Below, in pieces: positions 38,649 to 53,157 of a DNA stretch of 64,000 bases. The position numbers and the translations under genes were made by a program. Each line of letters starts with the position of its first letter. Position 1 is the stretch's first letter. This stretch comes from Octopus sinensis. Lineage: Eukaryota. The notes below the pieces were generated by a model. The model worked only from the letters and a program-made list of their open reading frames with translations, had not been told where the DNA came from and did not search any database. The stretch lies in contig NC_042999.1 of assembly GCF_006345805.1 (NCBI RefSeq), positions 66,030,001 to 66,094,000 on the forward strand, given 5' to 3'.

Positions 38649-39020
38649 CATACATATACATACATATATATACATATATATACATACATACCATATATAT
38701 ACATACATACATATATATACATATATTTACATATATATATACATATATATATATATGTATATATATTTGTATTTATGTTTGTGGTGGGGTCTGCATTAAT
38801 GGATCTTAACCTATATAGAAATATATTGAAATCAAATTAAACCATATCTGATAAAGAATTTACCACGTATAGTAAAATATTTATTTATAATTTTCGTACA
38901 TAAATACACACATGCATACACTCAAAGACACAAAAAAAAACTCATAAACACAACGTGAGAGAGAGTGAAACGACGAAAGACAGACAGACAGACAGACAGA
39001 CAGATAGACAGGTATATAGG

Positions 39021-39089
<69 letters not shown>

Positions 39090-39284
39090 GGTGAGCTGGA
39101 AGTTTAGTTACTGCGTAACACTTACATCATTTCTTCCAACTTAACGTTTCGCGTTCAAATATCACCGGAGAATACTTCGTTGTTTATCATTTCGGTGCCG
39201 ATAAAATAAATTGAATACCGGGGTTGATGTAACCGACCTATCTCCATCTCCGAAACTGCCGGCTTTGTGCCAAAATTTGAAACC
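39090..39284 (+). mobile_element. old family A SINE variant
   Basis: GGTGAGCTGG head, GTTCAAAT, GGGGTTGATGTAA, GCTTTGTGCCAAAATTTGAAACC tail. Confidence 0.65.
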
Positions 39285-39651
39285 GAGATATAGATTAGTA
39301 GACAGATTGTTTATATTTAACTGTATGTGCATATGTGTGTATATGAATGTGTTTTCACTTACACCTTCGCGTGTTCGCGTATGTATGTGTGTATGTATAT
39401 ATCGTTGTATTTATATATTATAGATGGTCATTACTTAATCACCCTCCACAAAGGAACATCGATTCTCTCTTTTCGTTAACTGCATGAGTGACAGTTTAGA
39501 CAGTCGTCGTCATACTTCCATACTGAATTCCACTTTAATAAGATAGCAGCTTAACATGATGAAATATATTATAATAACTATGATATAAAATAATTTCAGA
39601 CAGGAAAACATTTTTGCTGAACACTTTGAAAACGTTCTGCTGTTGATGATT

Positions 39652-39941
39652 TTGTTTGTTTGTTTGTTTGTTGAGTGAAGTGGTCTTCATCCCATTAGTG
39701 GGAGAAGTCCGAAACGTGGTCCTTTGTTATTCGTAAGACCCGCCTAAGAGAAAGCAGGTCAACCCCCGACACCGAGAGCATCGACGAATGGATGAATGCG
39801 CATCCAGGATCAGCGGTTGCGTAGGAAGTCGGGGACAAGAAACAGGAAGAAAGAGTGAGAGAAGTTGGGGCCAAAAGAGTACATCAGGGGTCGCCACCAG
39901 CCCCTGCCGGAGCTTCGTGGATCTTTAGGTGTTTCCGCTCA
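39652..39941 (-). mobile_element. headless family B SINE with tail 2
   Basis: Aligns to 63303-63610. (CAA)n-like terminus. Confidence 0.85.
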
Positions 39942-40743
39942 ATGCTGTTGATGACAAATTTCATTTATTAAAAATTGTGTTCTACCAGCCAAAAATATAT
40001 GAATATTGTTGTGGATATATGTGGTAAAAATCGTTCCCTGAGAAGCTTTATGGATTTTAGTATAACTTTCTTGCGCGGAGCCTTACTCAATTTCATTTCT
40101 AAGGTAACCGCTGACGTACCGAAGCATTAATGAGCAAAATATGCGGAAATAATTAGAGAGACAATACTAAAGAGACAATAATTGGACCTTGTTGGAAGCC
40201 TTAATCCAACATCAGCTTCACAACCATCATCCAGTACATAGATACCTATAAAAGATTCCAGTTACTGGCACTTTGAAATGAACAGCTGACGGTGCCCTTC
40301 TATCTCTGACTATGCTATTAAAACGTCACTTAGTGTAATCCAGAATTTTCAAATCAATAGGTCAGAGGGGAGTAATGATCTATTTATGAAATCCTTTAGG
40401 ATTTCATAGCACCGGACACTTGGTAACCATCGCGTTGTATCTGAATCATTTCAAATATCAACAACACAAGCCATTAAGCCTTTATGAAATACTCTGCCGT
40501 TTCTATAATTTGTAAGATGGAGCAGCCAAATGTTCACAAAATCACACTGCATAGTTATAGTCGAAAACAAAACACATTAATTAAAAGAAAAAGACTCCCA
40601 AATCCATCCAGACCTGAAGTGCTTTTTAGCATTGAGGTGGTAGTGGATACATGCCATTCGAGAGTGATGACTGAAGAATCGAAAGAACTATATCAACTGT
40701 TCTTGAATTAAAATGTTAGTACCTGAGCATTCCATTGGCATTT

Positions 40744-41118
40744 GTGAGCTGGCAGAATCGTTAGCACGCCGTGCGAAATGCTTAGTGCTATTTCGTCTCT
40801 CTTTATGTTCTAAGTTCAAATTCCGCCGAGGTCGACTGAGCCTTTCATTCTTTCGTGGTCGATTAAATAAGTACCAGTTATGCACTGGGGTCGATATAAT
40901 CGACTTAATCCGTTTGTCTGTCCTTGTTTGTCTTCTCTGTGTTTAGCCACTTGTAGGTAGAAAACAAATAGTTGTTTCGTCTGTCGCTACGTTCTGAGTT
41001 CAAAATCTGCCGAGGTCGAGTTTGCCTTTCATCTTTTCGGGGACTATAAATTAAGTACCAATTACGCACTGGAGTTGATGTAATCGATTAGTCCCCTCCC
41101 TCAAATTTCAGGCCTTGT
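40744..41118 (+). mobile_element. family A SINE followed by a second headless body (dimer-like)
   Basis: Body GTTCAAA...GAGGTCGA...TAAGTACCA appears twice, at about 40810 and 40997. Confidence 0.85.
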
Positions 41119-41608
41119 AATCCTAATTTATTTTATGCCTTTGTACTCTTAATTTATTTCAGGCCATTGTACTCTTAACTTATTTCCAGTATGACGCAGT
41201 ATTTCACAATGGTGTACACATTACATTGTAGCTACAGAACCCCATCAAGTACTTCTCTCACAAGCTATGGCTCACGATAGCACTCAATGGGTATACTTTC
41301 TCAAGGTTTACTCACGGTATCATTTAATGGGACTTTATGATTGCCAAGGCAAATTTCTTCAAAATTCTGCCAAATTGCACCTTCGCGATTTTGGAGATTT
41401 TGGGGACACAAACGCATCGGGGAAATTCGATAACGACATCCCCTTTTCTTTAAATACTTAACATGGAGAAATATATGCACCTACGTCAAGTACATACCTG
41501 CGAATTTTCGTATGCATCATTGAAAATGCTGCGCCTTGAATATGAACGCAGCTGATAAACAAAGATGCATCTCACCTTAAGGAAGCCAAAGAGCAAATTT
41601 TCAAATCA

Positions 41609-41755
41609 ATAGGTCGGAGAGGAGTAATGATTTATTTATTAAATCCGTTGCAATATTCAGGTAGACTTACATCCCAGCCTATTTCGCGGGGATGTAAGTG
41701 TACCTGAATATTGCAACGGAATAAATAAATAAATCATTACTCCTCTCTGGCCTAT
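41609..41755. mobile_element. MITE-like foldback element
   Basis: About 67-bp arms, 12-nt spacer, TA at both ends. A related left end lies at 40344-40390. Confidence 0.75.
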
Positions 41756-42483
41756 ATCATATATATATGCATACATACATTGTGTGTTTAGAAGGAGATA
41801 TTATCCAAGAGGATACCTTTGGTAGCTCTCAGTTATGTTCTAGGTCTAGGATAACTGCATCATTTACTGCATCATTTACTATCACATATAAATATGCTGT
41901 ATGCCATGGTGAAATAAAAGTAAATATTTTTTGAAGATATACCTGCCCTCGTTGTTTTTATTATAACTATTTCTAATATATATACATTTGTATGTATCTG
42001 TATATACGTGTAAATATGTGTGTGTCCACACAAAGCGCACGCGCGCCTCTGGCTGTCCAGAACACGAAATGTGAGTAAATTACTTAATGTTTCAATTCGT
42101 ATTTCTTCATAGAACATTGAATCAGGCGCCTTATAAATGGCATGTTCCCCATTTCCCAAAAAGAGAGAGAAAAGTTAATAGATTATTTGCTCACTAAATG
42201 ATTTCTGTGTAGCCACTGAACTCACTTTTCTATTAATATTGAGAGCTTTTGCATTGAGCAGAAATATTTATATTTATGTCAAATCGCTATCCATGTATAT
42301 TTTCAGATGTATATAATGATATCATACCTTGCCTGTGCATCAAGTCACCATATATATGTTTCTGTGTGTATGTAAGATCTACACACACAAAAACGCACCC
42401 ACATTCCATGTCCACTCTTACACATTTACACACACACACACACACATATATATATGTATATATATATATATAGATATATATAT

Positions 42484-42546
<63 letters not shown>

Positions 42547-42566
42547 GTGTGTGGTGTATATATATA

Positions 42567-43320
42567 CAGGAGTTGGACAAAATAATAGAAACACCTAGCA
42601 TCATAACATCATAATTTTGAAATATCTATAACACTGTCAAAAGCTTGTTTATTTTTGTTTTTTATTTATAATTAGTGTTCTTTAGTATTCTATGCTAAAA
42701 TTGCTGTTTCTTTTCAGATATCATCAGAAAAAGGTAACTAAAATTCATTAAAATGACAGATCTATCGGACTTTCAAAGAGGTCAAATTTTTCGTGCTGGT
42801 ATGGCAGGCGTTAGCGTAACCAAAACAGCCGAAATGCTTAGTGTATCAAGAAATACTGTCTTGAAAGTAATGACAGCCTTTGAGGAAGAAGGAAAAACCT
42901 CATCGTCGAAACTAAATTCCGGAAGAAAATCAAAACTGTCAGATGGGGACCATCGGACTCTTATGCGAATTGATAGAAAGGATCACAAAAGTACAGCTCG
43001 CAAATTTACTGCAGAACTTAATGACTACCTCAGGAACCCAGTCTCTACAAAAATTGTTTGCCGAGAGCTGTACAAAGCCGGATTTCACGAGAGGGCTGCA
43101 TTCAGAAAACCACTACTTTCAAAGACAAAATTTGCAGAGCGTTTAGAGTGTAGTAAAAACCTACAGAATTGGTTCCTAGAGCAGTGGAAGAATGCTATTT
43201 TCTCAGACGATTCATCATTTACCTTTTTTCCGACCACCGGCCGAGTATTCGTGTGGAGACAGCAAAAAGAAACATTTGATCCAACTGTTAAACATGGAGA
43301 AGGACCTGTGAAGATCTGTG
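42567..43320 (+). mobile_element. Tc1-like transposon, 5' half (ORF 42753-43352)
   Basis: TA|CAGGAGTTGGACAAAATAAT end, paired-like HTH, SGRK, RKPLL, IFSDDS, PTVKHG. Catalytic C-terminus and right TIR absent. Confidence 0.9.
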
Positions 43321-45489
43321 TATGTTTCAAGATGAAACCAATACTGCCATAATGATATCTATATTGGATTCTTGGAGGCGTGAAGACTGACATGTCAGTA
43401 TTTATTACTTTACAATTATCTATTTATTTATGTTTTATAATTGTTTTACTTTTGAAACACACTCTTCAGAATACACATTTGTTATAACTAAGATGTAATT
43501 CTCTGTGATTTTGAGTGAACCTCTGATTAGTGATTAATTTTATTTTGAAATTTTAACACGTGTGATTTTTTGAGTGTAGTTTACAGTGGAATAAAATATT
43601 ATACATACATTATACATCTTTGATAAAGAAAGTGTCTAAGTATGTTAAAATCTCACGCAACCCTTATGTATTTGACATTGCGATCATATTCACGGCAGAT
43701 AACGAAATATGAAGTTCTATATGCGTCATTAATTTCTGCTGCCACCGTTTTATGTTCTACTGGCATGATAGGAACTTGACGATAATTCACCAACCATCCC
43801 TTTTGCCTTACTACCATTTTTCAAACGCCTTCTTGCAACGATTTAATGTGATAGCTCTAAATATGAGTCTGGCGTAATTACGTTCTGAGTACCGCTTTGA
43901 TGCGGATGACTCTTAACAGCAGTGTCACTACTATATTTGAAAGTTTGGCTTCGACCAAATCAGATACATAGTGTTGTATTTCCTATGCACATCCGTAGAT
44001 ATTTATTTTTATATCCTGTGTTCTAGCCGTCGTTATTTTTATTATCATTGTCGTTTTGACTGTGACTTAGAAACAGCTTCATCAAATTGCACGAGAGTAA
44101 TGGCCAGCAGAATTTCATTCAAAAAAAAAAAAAAGAAAGAAGTTGAACATGTTACTTGAAAGAGACAGGAATTAGACTAGAGCCTCATCTTCATAGCGAA
44201 TGACAGATGTAAGGCGGGAAGTGAGATATAAGATTAAGATATGATATCAGTATGAGGGACAAAATAGGGGAGAGGAATGAAATATGGTTGATGTGGATTA
44301 TGGTTGGGAAAATACAGATTGAAATATGATTAGTATGTTACTACAAGGCAGGCCGTGTATAATATGAGTTAGATAGTAACTGCAGTTGCTGTTAAAACGG
44401 ATACTAACTCTCTCATCCTCTCTCTCCCTCTTCTTCCTCTCTCTCTATCTGTCTTAGTGGAGATCAATAAGATAGCAAGTTAGATATGAGATGTAAAAGA
44501 AGCAACCGGTAGGATTGTCATGGATGAAGAGAACATAAAGCATAAAAGCGATGCAAAGGATTAATGCTAAAATGCATATTCTATTTGCTGCTCTAAACAG
44601 TAGGACTCCGTATCTTTGAAAGAAGTTGACTTTAGCATTCAACGAAACACTTGTTTATTTCACACTTCCGATGTTGCCCTCTGTATTTTAATATTCTCGA
44701 CGTCCGTTAATTTCACGGTTCTAATACTATCATATACATTGTATTATTATTTTCTGGTATACAAAATTGCAAATTGCATAGTAAAGAGGTAGAAGTTTTG
44801 GGTATGAACACAATATATGAAAAATGCTATTACTGTGTGACGAGTAAAATCGTCCTTCTACCAACATAATGAATTTCCAAAATTGATATTTATAATGTAA
44901 TGTAAAATATTACTATAACCATGTAAATTGGCAATAATTGCAGAATTATAAATACGAATATGATATCATATATCTTTGCTTAATGTTCACTGTTATAAAA
45001 CTAGAATATACTTCACGGCTCTCTGTTTCTATTCGTATATATTTCAGGTAATCATAATTAAATTGCTTTCTGACATGTAAGACGTAATGAGAAATTTATT
45101 AGGAGAAAGTACTTACAAATAATGTACAATACAGCTAATATTATAATTTGGAGTATTTATTTCATATATAACATATCTGCTCTTCAAAATGTCTATATAA
45201 ATATGCACATTTGCTTATATTAAGATAAACATAAATTGTATCCTGCAGTTCATTTAATCCATTACTGATATTTCAATATCAAATTATAGATTCGTTATTG
45301 AATAAACAAAATTTTATATAGAAAGCGATATAATGTTGTGCATAACTTTATATAAATTTTTAGATATATTATCCATTTGTAAGTATAAAATTATAGTTTT
45401 TTATATACATTTTACTTTACAATACTTTTAGGTACATATAAATTTGTGATACATATTTATATATACATACACATACAGAGACACGCAGG

Positions 45490-45499
45490 CACATATACC

Positions 45500-45550
<51 letters not shown>

Positions 45551-45581
45551 CTATATATATACAATATATATATATACATAC

Positions 45582-45612
<31 letters not shown>

Positions 45613-45618
45613 ATACAT

Positions 45619-45675
<57 letters not shown>

Positions 45676-47243
45676 CATATATATACATATATATATATAT
45701 ATATACATATATATACATATATATATATATATATACCATATATACATATATATATACATATATATATATACACTATATATATATATACATATATATTTAT
45801 ATACCTATATATATATATATACATATATATATATACACATATATATACATACATATATATATATCATATATATATAATAATACAATATATATATATATAC
45901 ATATATATATACATATATAACAATATATATATACATATATATCACATATATATTTAAACATATATATATATATGCAGATCTTATATAACATATATATATA
46001 CATATTATACATATATATATATACATATATATAATGCATATTATATACATATACATATATCTATATATACATATATATATATACATATATATATATATAC
46101 ATATAATATATATATATATACATATATATATATACATATATATATAATATATATACATACATTATATATATACATATTATATATACATATATATATATAT
46201 ACATATATATATATCTCATAATCTATATACCATATTATATATTATTTAAGTATAACATATTATAATATATACATATATATATAATACATATATATTATAC
46301 ATATATATATATATCCACCATAATAGATAATACATATATATATATATACATTATATATATGTATATACATACAATATATATACATATATATATATACATA
46401 TATATATATATACATACATATATATATATACATATATATATATAATATATATTATATATATAATATACATAATATATATATATTATAATACATATATATA
46501 TATATATATACACATATATATATATTACATATATATATACACATAATATATATATACATATATATATACCATATAATATGATATACATATATATATACAC
46601 ATATATATATATACTATATACATATATATACATATATAATATATATACATACATATACATATATTACATATATATACATATATATATATACATATATACA
46701 TATATCTATATATACAATAACATATATATACGTATACATATATATATACATAATACATATATATACATTACATATATACATATACATAGATATATATATA
46801 TACATATATATACATATACATATATATATATACATATACATATATATATATACATATACATATATATATATAACATATAATATATACATATATATATACA
46901 TATACATATATATATATATAGACATTATACTATATATATAATATACATTATATATATCTACATATATATATATACACATATATATAATATATACATCTAT
47001 ATATTATACACATATATATATACACATATATATATACACATATATATATAATACATATCTATATATACATATATAATATACATATATATATATACATATA
47101 TTCTACATATATATATATACATATATATATATAATATATATACATATATAATATATATATATATTATACTATACATATATATACATATCCATATATATAT
47201 ATACATATACATAATATATATATACATATATATATAGATACAA

Positions 47244-47281
<38 letters not shown>

Positions 47282-47433
47282 TATATACATATATATATAT
47301 ATAATATATACATATATATATATACATATATATATATAATATTACATATATACCTATATATATATACTTATATATATATACTGTATATAATATACATATC
47401 TTATATATACTATATTATAATATACCTATATAC

Positions 47434-47464
<31 letters not shown>

Positions 47465-47544
47465 ATACCTATATATTATATACATATATCTATATACATA
47501 TATATATATATATATATCATATATATATATACATATATATATAC

Positions 47545-47595
<51 letters not shown>

Positions 47596-47701
47596 CACAC
47601 CATATATATATCATAATATCTATATATATACACACATATATATATAACAATAATATATTATTACATATATATTATATATATACATATATATATTTATATA
47701 C

Positions 47702-47733
<32 letters not shown>

Positions 47734-47830
47734 ACATACACATATATATATATATAATATATATCATATGTATGTATAATCATGTACATATATGTATATA
47801 TCGACTACATAATGTATATATATATATATG
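45490..47830. repeat. degenerate (TA)n/(TATATACA)n array, about 2.3 kb
   Basis: Direct inspection. Confidence 0.95.
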
Positions 47831-47924
47831 TATATAATACATATCTCTAAAGATATGTCTACGCAAATGTTTATATACATATATCTCCATAGATATGTTT
47901 ACGCAAATATTTAAGTACATATAT

Positions 47925-49110
47925 CTATATATACAAACGTCAGTTTCTGCGTGTTTGTTACCAACGTAGTGCCTACACCACCGAACCGATATTCACGAAA
48001 CTTTGCATACATTTGACACTAACATCCGGTTCAATAATAGCTTAATTGTAATTCACTAAAAATCATTAATATGGCACCTAAGGGTGTTGGGTGAATTATA
48101 TGATAAAATAGGAAGGTTGCAAAAAGTATAAGTCTGAGGTAGTAACAGAGCGAAAGCTAGTATCAGAGAGTGGGTGACTTATATCAATGAAGGCAATAAC
48201 AGCGGTGTTAATGTGATGGTAACGTAAATAAAGCTGTCATATATACGAAACGCTGCATGCATACTTTCATCAATACACATATACAACACACAAAACAAAC
48301 ACACAGAGAAAGGTGGATGTGTGGAATACGTAGCTTTAAGGAGAGAAGGGGCTGTTGAATTTTCTGCACTCCATCGCAATGAAACACTCACATACATATA
48401 TTCATACATACATACATAAATACATACATAGGAGTACTCCGTCGGTTACAACGACGTGGTCCCAGCTGATCAACGGAACAGCCTGCTCGTGAAATTAATG
48501 CACAATTGGCTGAGCACTCCACAGATACATGTACTTTTAACGTAGTTCTCAGGGATATTCAACGTGACACAGAGTGTGACAAGACTGGTCCTTAGAAATA
48601 CAGGTACTACTCTTTTTTGCCAGCTGATTGGACTGGGGCAACGTGAATTAAAGCGTCTTGCTCAAGAACACAACGCGTCGCTGGTAATTTACCTCACAAC
48701 CTTACAATCGTGTCTGCTCTACGCCATTTTAAACTAGTGATTACCTGTGTGTATATTTTAAAATTTGTACATGTACGAGCGTACCTGTGTGTCCGTTTGT
48801 GTGCCACGTCCTATTACTGTCTGCCTCTCTAAATTTCTGCGTCATCCATGTTGCTGTCACAAACGATGAGATTTTAAAATTACATGAAAATTTTCAAATT
48901 TGGTATATTGAAATAATTTTCCGTGTTATATATTTACTCTTAACATCCAGTTGAATTATAGGTGAATTGGAATCTAATTATACAAAAATGTATAATGAGC
49001 CCCCTAGGGAGGTGAGGCCTGTAGCATATGTTTACAAATCAGCTACGATAAGTTACGACACGTGACAACGCCAGCTACAATACGCGGAATATTTGTCAGT
49101 GTATTTGTGA
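47925..49110 (+). mobile_element. possible non-autonomous Helitron-like element, interrupted by a SINE
   Basis: Begins TCTATATATACAAA...ACCGAACCGATATTCACGAAACTTTGCATAC, which resembles 5' blocks of insect/invertebrate non-autonomous Helitrons. 3' end not verified. Confidence 0.3.
48431..48735 (-). mobile_element. tRNA-derived CORE-type SINE (OR2-like), family D
   Basis: Reverse complement aligns with 56214-56530. Confidence 0.85.
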
Positions 49111-49408
49111 ATCTATCTTTTTATCTAACTTATTTTACTAACATGCGTACTCGTTTGTTAAAATAATATAGGGACATTCCTTATTTGCCCACTAATCAAA
49201 TTAATAGTTTAAAATACCTATTTTTAGCTGTAAACTATCACCATAAACGATGAGTCGGGCATTAAGACGGGAACTGAACAGGAAACGGAATAGGACATAG
49301 AGCAATGTAATGGTAAATTGAAACTGGTGATAAACCCCGCTACCCCGGTATTACACGTCAACTCATTTATTTTACTCGTATGCATATTCGTTTGTTATCA
49401 TAACATAC

Positions 49409-49623
49409 TTTTCTATGCTAGGCACAAGGCACGACATTTTGGAGGGGGGGGGCCCAGTCGAGTAGATCGATCCCACTGCGCATCTGTTACTTAACGTATC
49501 AACCCCGAAAGGATGAAAAGGAAAGTCGACCTCGGCGGAGTTTGAACTCACAACGTAAAGACAGACGAAGTACCGCTAAGCATTTCGCCCAGCGTGCTAT
49601 CGTTTCTGCCAGCTCGCCGCCTT
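49409..49623 (-). mobile_element. family A SINE, GCCTTGTGCC tail variant
   Basis: Head AAGGCGGCGAGCTGGCAG on the minus strand. Confidence 0.9.
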
Positions 49624-49720
49624 CTAGAAGTTTTATATATTGATATAAGATTCAGGACAGGAATGGGAAGTGGAAATAACCCTTGCTTTTCTGGGTATTA
49701 CCGGCTAATTCAGATAGTAT

Positions 49721-49784
<64 letters not shown>

Positions 49785-49787
<3 letters not shown>

Positions 49788-49995
49788 TAATGGGAAGCTT
49801 TATGAAAATAAACAAAAGACGAAGGCAGATGGAATACAAACAAACAACTGTATTAGTATGGCGCTCAGGAATATAAATAAAACAAGTCTTTTACGTTTCG
49901 AGCCGACGCTCTTCAACAGAAAGATACACAGAAAAGAAACACGGAAAGAAACAAGGAGAGAAAAAAATGCGTGCAGAAGCTAGCGAATCAACATG
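49785..49995 (-). mobile_element. short PLE-type 3' fragment
   Basis: Same family as the 2.4 kb and 14.2 kb copies. Abuts (TA)n. Confidence 0.6.
49887..49924 (-). ncRNA. minimal hammerhead variant (U at core position 6)
   Basis: UCUUU-CUGUUGA-A-GAGC(GUCG)GCUC-GAA-ACGU-A-AAAGA. 5-bp stem I intact. Confidence 0.5.
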
Positions 49996-50109
49996 GTGAT
50001 CTCTCTCTATATATATATCCAAACTACAAGACCGTGGTATCGATTCAAAAATCGTTTGTTTTCTACACCATCTGTCTTTGTCTTTTGTTTTTCTTTTGTG
50101 AATTCTCCG

Positions 50110-50145
<36 letters not shown>

Positions 50146-50151
50146 ATATAT

Positions 50152-50185
<34 letters not shown>

Positions 50186-50190
50186 GTGTG

Positions 50191-50221
<31 letters not shown>

Positions 50222-53157
50222 TGTGTGGTGTGGGTGGGTGTGTGTGTGTGTGAACTTGTAATTTTTCGTTAAGGCAACATCATCAAAAATGTACTCCATG
50301 CAGTGAGTGATAAATATCATTGAATCTACACACTGAGGAGATATGAGCTTGTAATAGTATCTTGCTTAGAGACCTGGGTTTAAGGAAGTTTTCAAAAGCA
50401 CGTCTTTTGTCTTTAATTAATCTTAGGATCTGACAACATTGTGTATTTAATTTGCAAATTAGGACGCTGGCACAAGAGAAACTTCTCAAATTCTAACAAA
50501 CTTAAAGAATGGACATGTGGTATAAGAGTCATAAATGTTCTTATGAAACATCGGACAGGACACAGTAAATTTTTATTCGATCAGGATTGATCTGGCATCG
50601 ATCATCAATAACAACAAACTTTAGCTATCAGTTGGTTGCAGAGTATATTTATAAGTAAAACGTTGTTATTTTTGTTATACTACAAGGTGATACAAAGTAG
50701 CATCACGATTTGGACTACACACCGACAACTAAAATACAACGATTATATTGGAATGTTCAGGTGGTCATCGGTTAGCTAGATGTTGTACTCAATACATCTC
50801 TTGTTATACAAACGCATACGGAACAGTCAACTCCTTAACAGATTTTTGGTTATAATACTTCTCACAAAGGTTTGCCTAGCATCAATAAACAACAACAAAA
50901 ACGATTTGTTACGACTCTTTTTATGTTTATATCCCCCAAAAGTATAACCTATGTGACGAACAATTTTCAATCATAAAATTACATTGAGTGAATTAAATTT
51001 TCTGTTTTACTCTTTCATATTCGCGCATATCACCACATATTCTTGTTGCAAAATTATATTTTAGACTGGTGTAAAAGAAAGGAAAGCTGATGTCTATACA
51101 ATAGCTTCTTAACAGGAAGACTTGTGTTTCTTTGTATACTGGTAGCACATTAATTGTAGTGAATTTCGCTTTGATTATATAAAATTCACTATCTGATGAA
51201 TATATTTGCCTATATGATCGTGTCACTAATTAGCTTTGTATCGAATATCCTTTTACCAACTTGTATTGACAAAGTGTAATTTTGTTAGTCTAACAAAATC
51301 CTGTCAGTTGATATTGTGCTTTAATTAGAAAGAAATACATAGACACATTCCATCTGACACGAAATTAATCTAACAAAATATTTCAGATAGAATATTGCCG
51401 TTAACAATATACTTCTCTCTAGTAAATATTCACAGATTGCTATAATTTAATATGTACGACTCACACCTAGCATTAGGTCATAATATATACTTTTATTCTA
51501 CAATAAAGTGGAGAATCTTCAAAGAAACTTGCTTTGAAAATAATTACCCAACATGATTTTTACATCACGATTGCTGTAAAATAATGCTTTTCATTATAAT
51601 TAATAGCTTTCTCTGCAAGCATTGTTATGTCGCTCTGTTCGTGAAAACGACTGCATTTGTTAATGATAGGAAAATATACTGATATACTTATAGGTGAATA
51701 CTAGTTGAGATATATGGAAGCGAATACGAATGGAAGAAATCATTATCGGTAATGTCTGTAATTTAAACGTCCTCATTCAAGTCACGTGATTTTATTGGTA
51801 AGAACTATGTTGTTGTCAATTCCAATTAATGGTTGCAGAAGGTAATTATCGAAGGATAATTACCTACCATACCGTATTTTATGATACAGCTCGTATTCGA
51901 ACGAATCGAAAACTGATCAGAGAAGCAATTTCAAAACAAGTATTCAATCCTTGCTTTGTAATTTCGTTCTCTTTATTACGAAGAAACAATATAATATTTT
52001 CGAAAAGTTATTTCGCAAAGAACCAAATTACCGTTACAATGTACAAAGCTTTATAGTTCCCATAAAAATTTCACAAAATGATTTCCATAAAAGAGAGTTA
52101 CATTACTTCTCTGTGATTGATCAAACACGATGTAAAGGTTTAAAATTTGACCTTTTCACAAAATGCTATAAAGCAAAATAAGTAGAATGCAGTATTTAAT
52201 GATTTGCATTATCTCTTTCTGCATGTCCTTTTTTCCTAGCAAAAATTCTGTCCAAATCATTTTAGTATTTAATTCGTTTGAAGTTAAGGAAATCTGTACC
52301 AGTAACTATCTTTATAATAGTAATTGTCATACGGCTACAGAAACATTCGATTTTTTAAAAATCCTTTTAATTGATACTAAAATAAGTGAGGCATAGATAT
52401 ATGTGTCAGAGATATATGGGTATGAAATTGTTTATGCAGCGCTGTGTATTCGGGTTCGAGCCAACCTCAGGCAGCTTAGACTTGTTTTTTTTTTTTCTGC
52501 CATAGACCTAGCTTCAGCAAATGCAATTATTAGAAACTGTAGTTGTGTGTATGCATAAGTGTGTGTACTATTTGATTCTTTGTCTGGAGAATTTTTAGTA
52601 GAGATATTCTACATGATTTGTTACACCAAACATAAACTAGTCCTTTTGCGGTCCAGCTTGTCCTCAATCTGACGTTTCATACGTACCCATTCCTTATATC
52701 ATCTTGTACTACATAATCCTGCCAGTAACTTCCTTTTTTTAAGATTGTGGGTTGCGACTAACATGTGTTACAGTTAATAAACGTAGGCTGGAACGCAAAA
52801 TATCCTGTTTCGTCGTGTAGGTCGAGTCACATAATTATCAGCAATAAATGTACACAGAGAAAAAGCCTTATGTTCTAGAATCGACATGTTTTTCAGTTAG
52901 GCTCATAATAGCTTCATATCAGTATCCTGTGTAATAGCAATCACTAGAATAGCATACTATTATTAAATATGTTATAACTACTTCAAAGTAAATCTAAAGT
53001 AAATGATGTGTTGTGCCATACTTTAGCTGTAACGTATACATATGAATAGACCCCATTTTCAGCATGTATTTCAGTATATAAACACACACGTGTGTATGTG
53101 TGTGAGTATGTATATATATATATGCATACATACATTTATATGGGTACAAAATATAGA

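Noticed and set aside
40180-40245. Candidate minus-strand exon GIYVLDDGCEADVGLRLPTR
   Set aside because: The donor (GTCCAA) is poor and the segment is short. Not supportable without RNA data.
40671-40690. CUGAAGA...GAAA spacing
   Set aside because: Only 3 nt between the boxes, so no stem II, and no stem I or III.
44454-44642. Hydrophobic 62-aa ORF resembling a membrane peptide
   Set aside because: Expected from the reverse strand of purine-rich AT sequence; non-ATG start and no homology.
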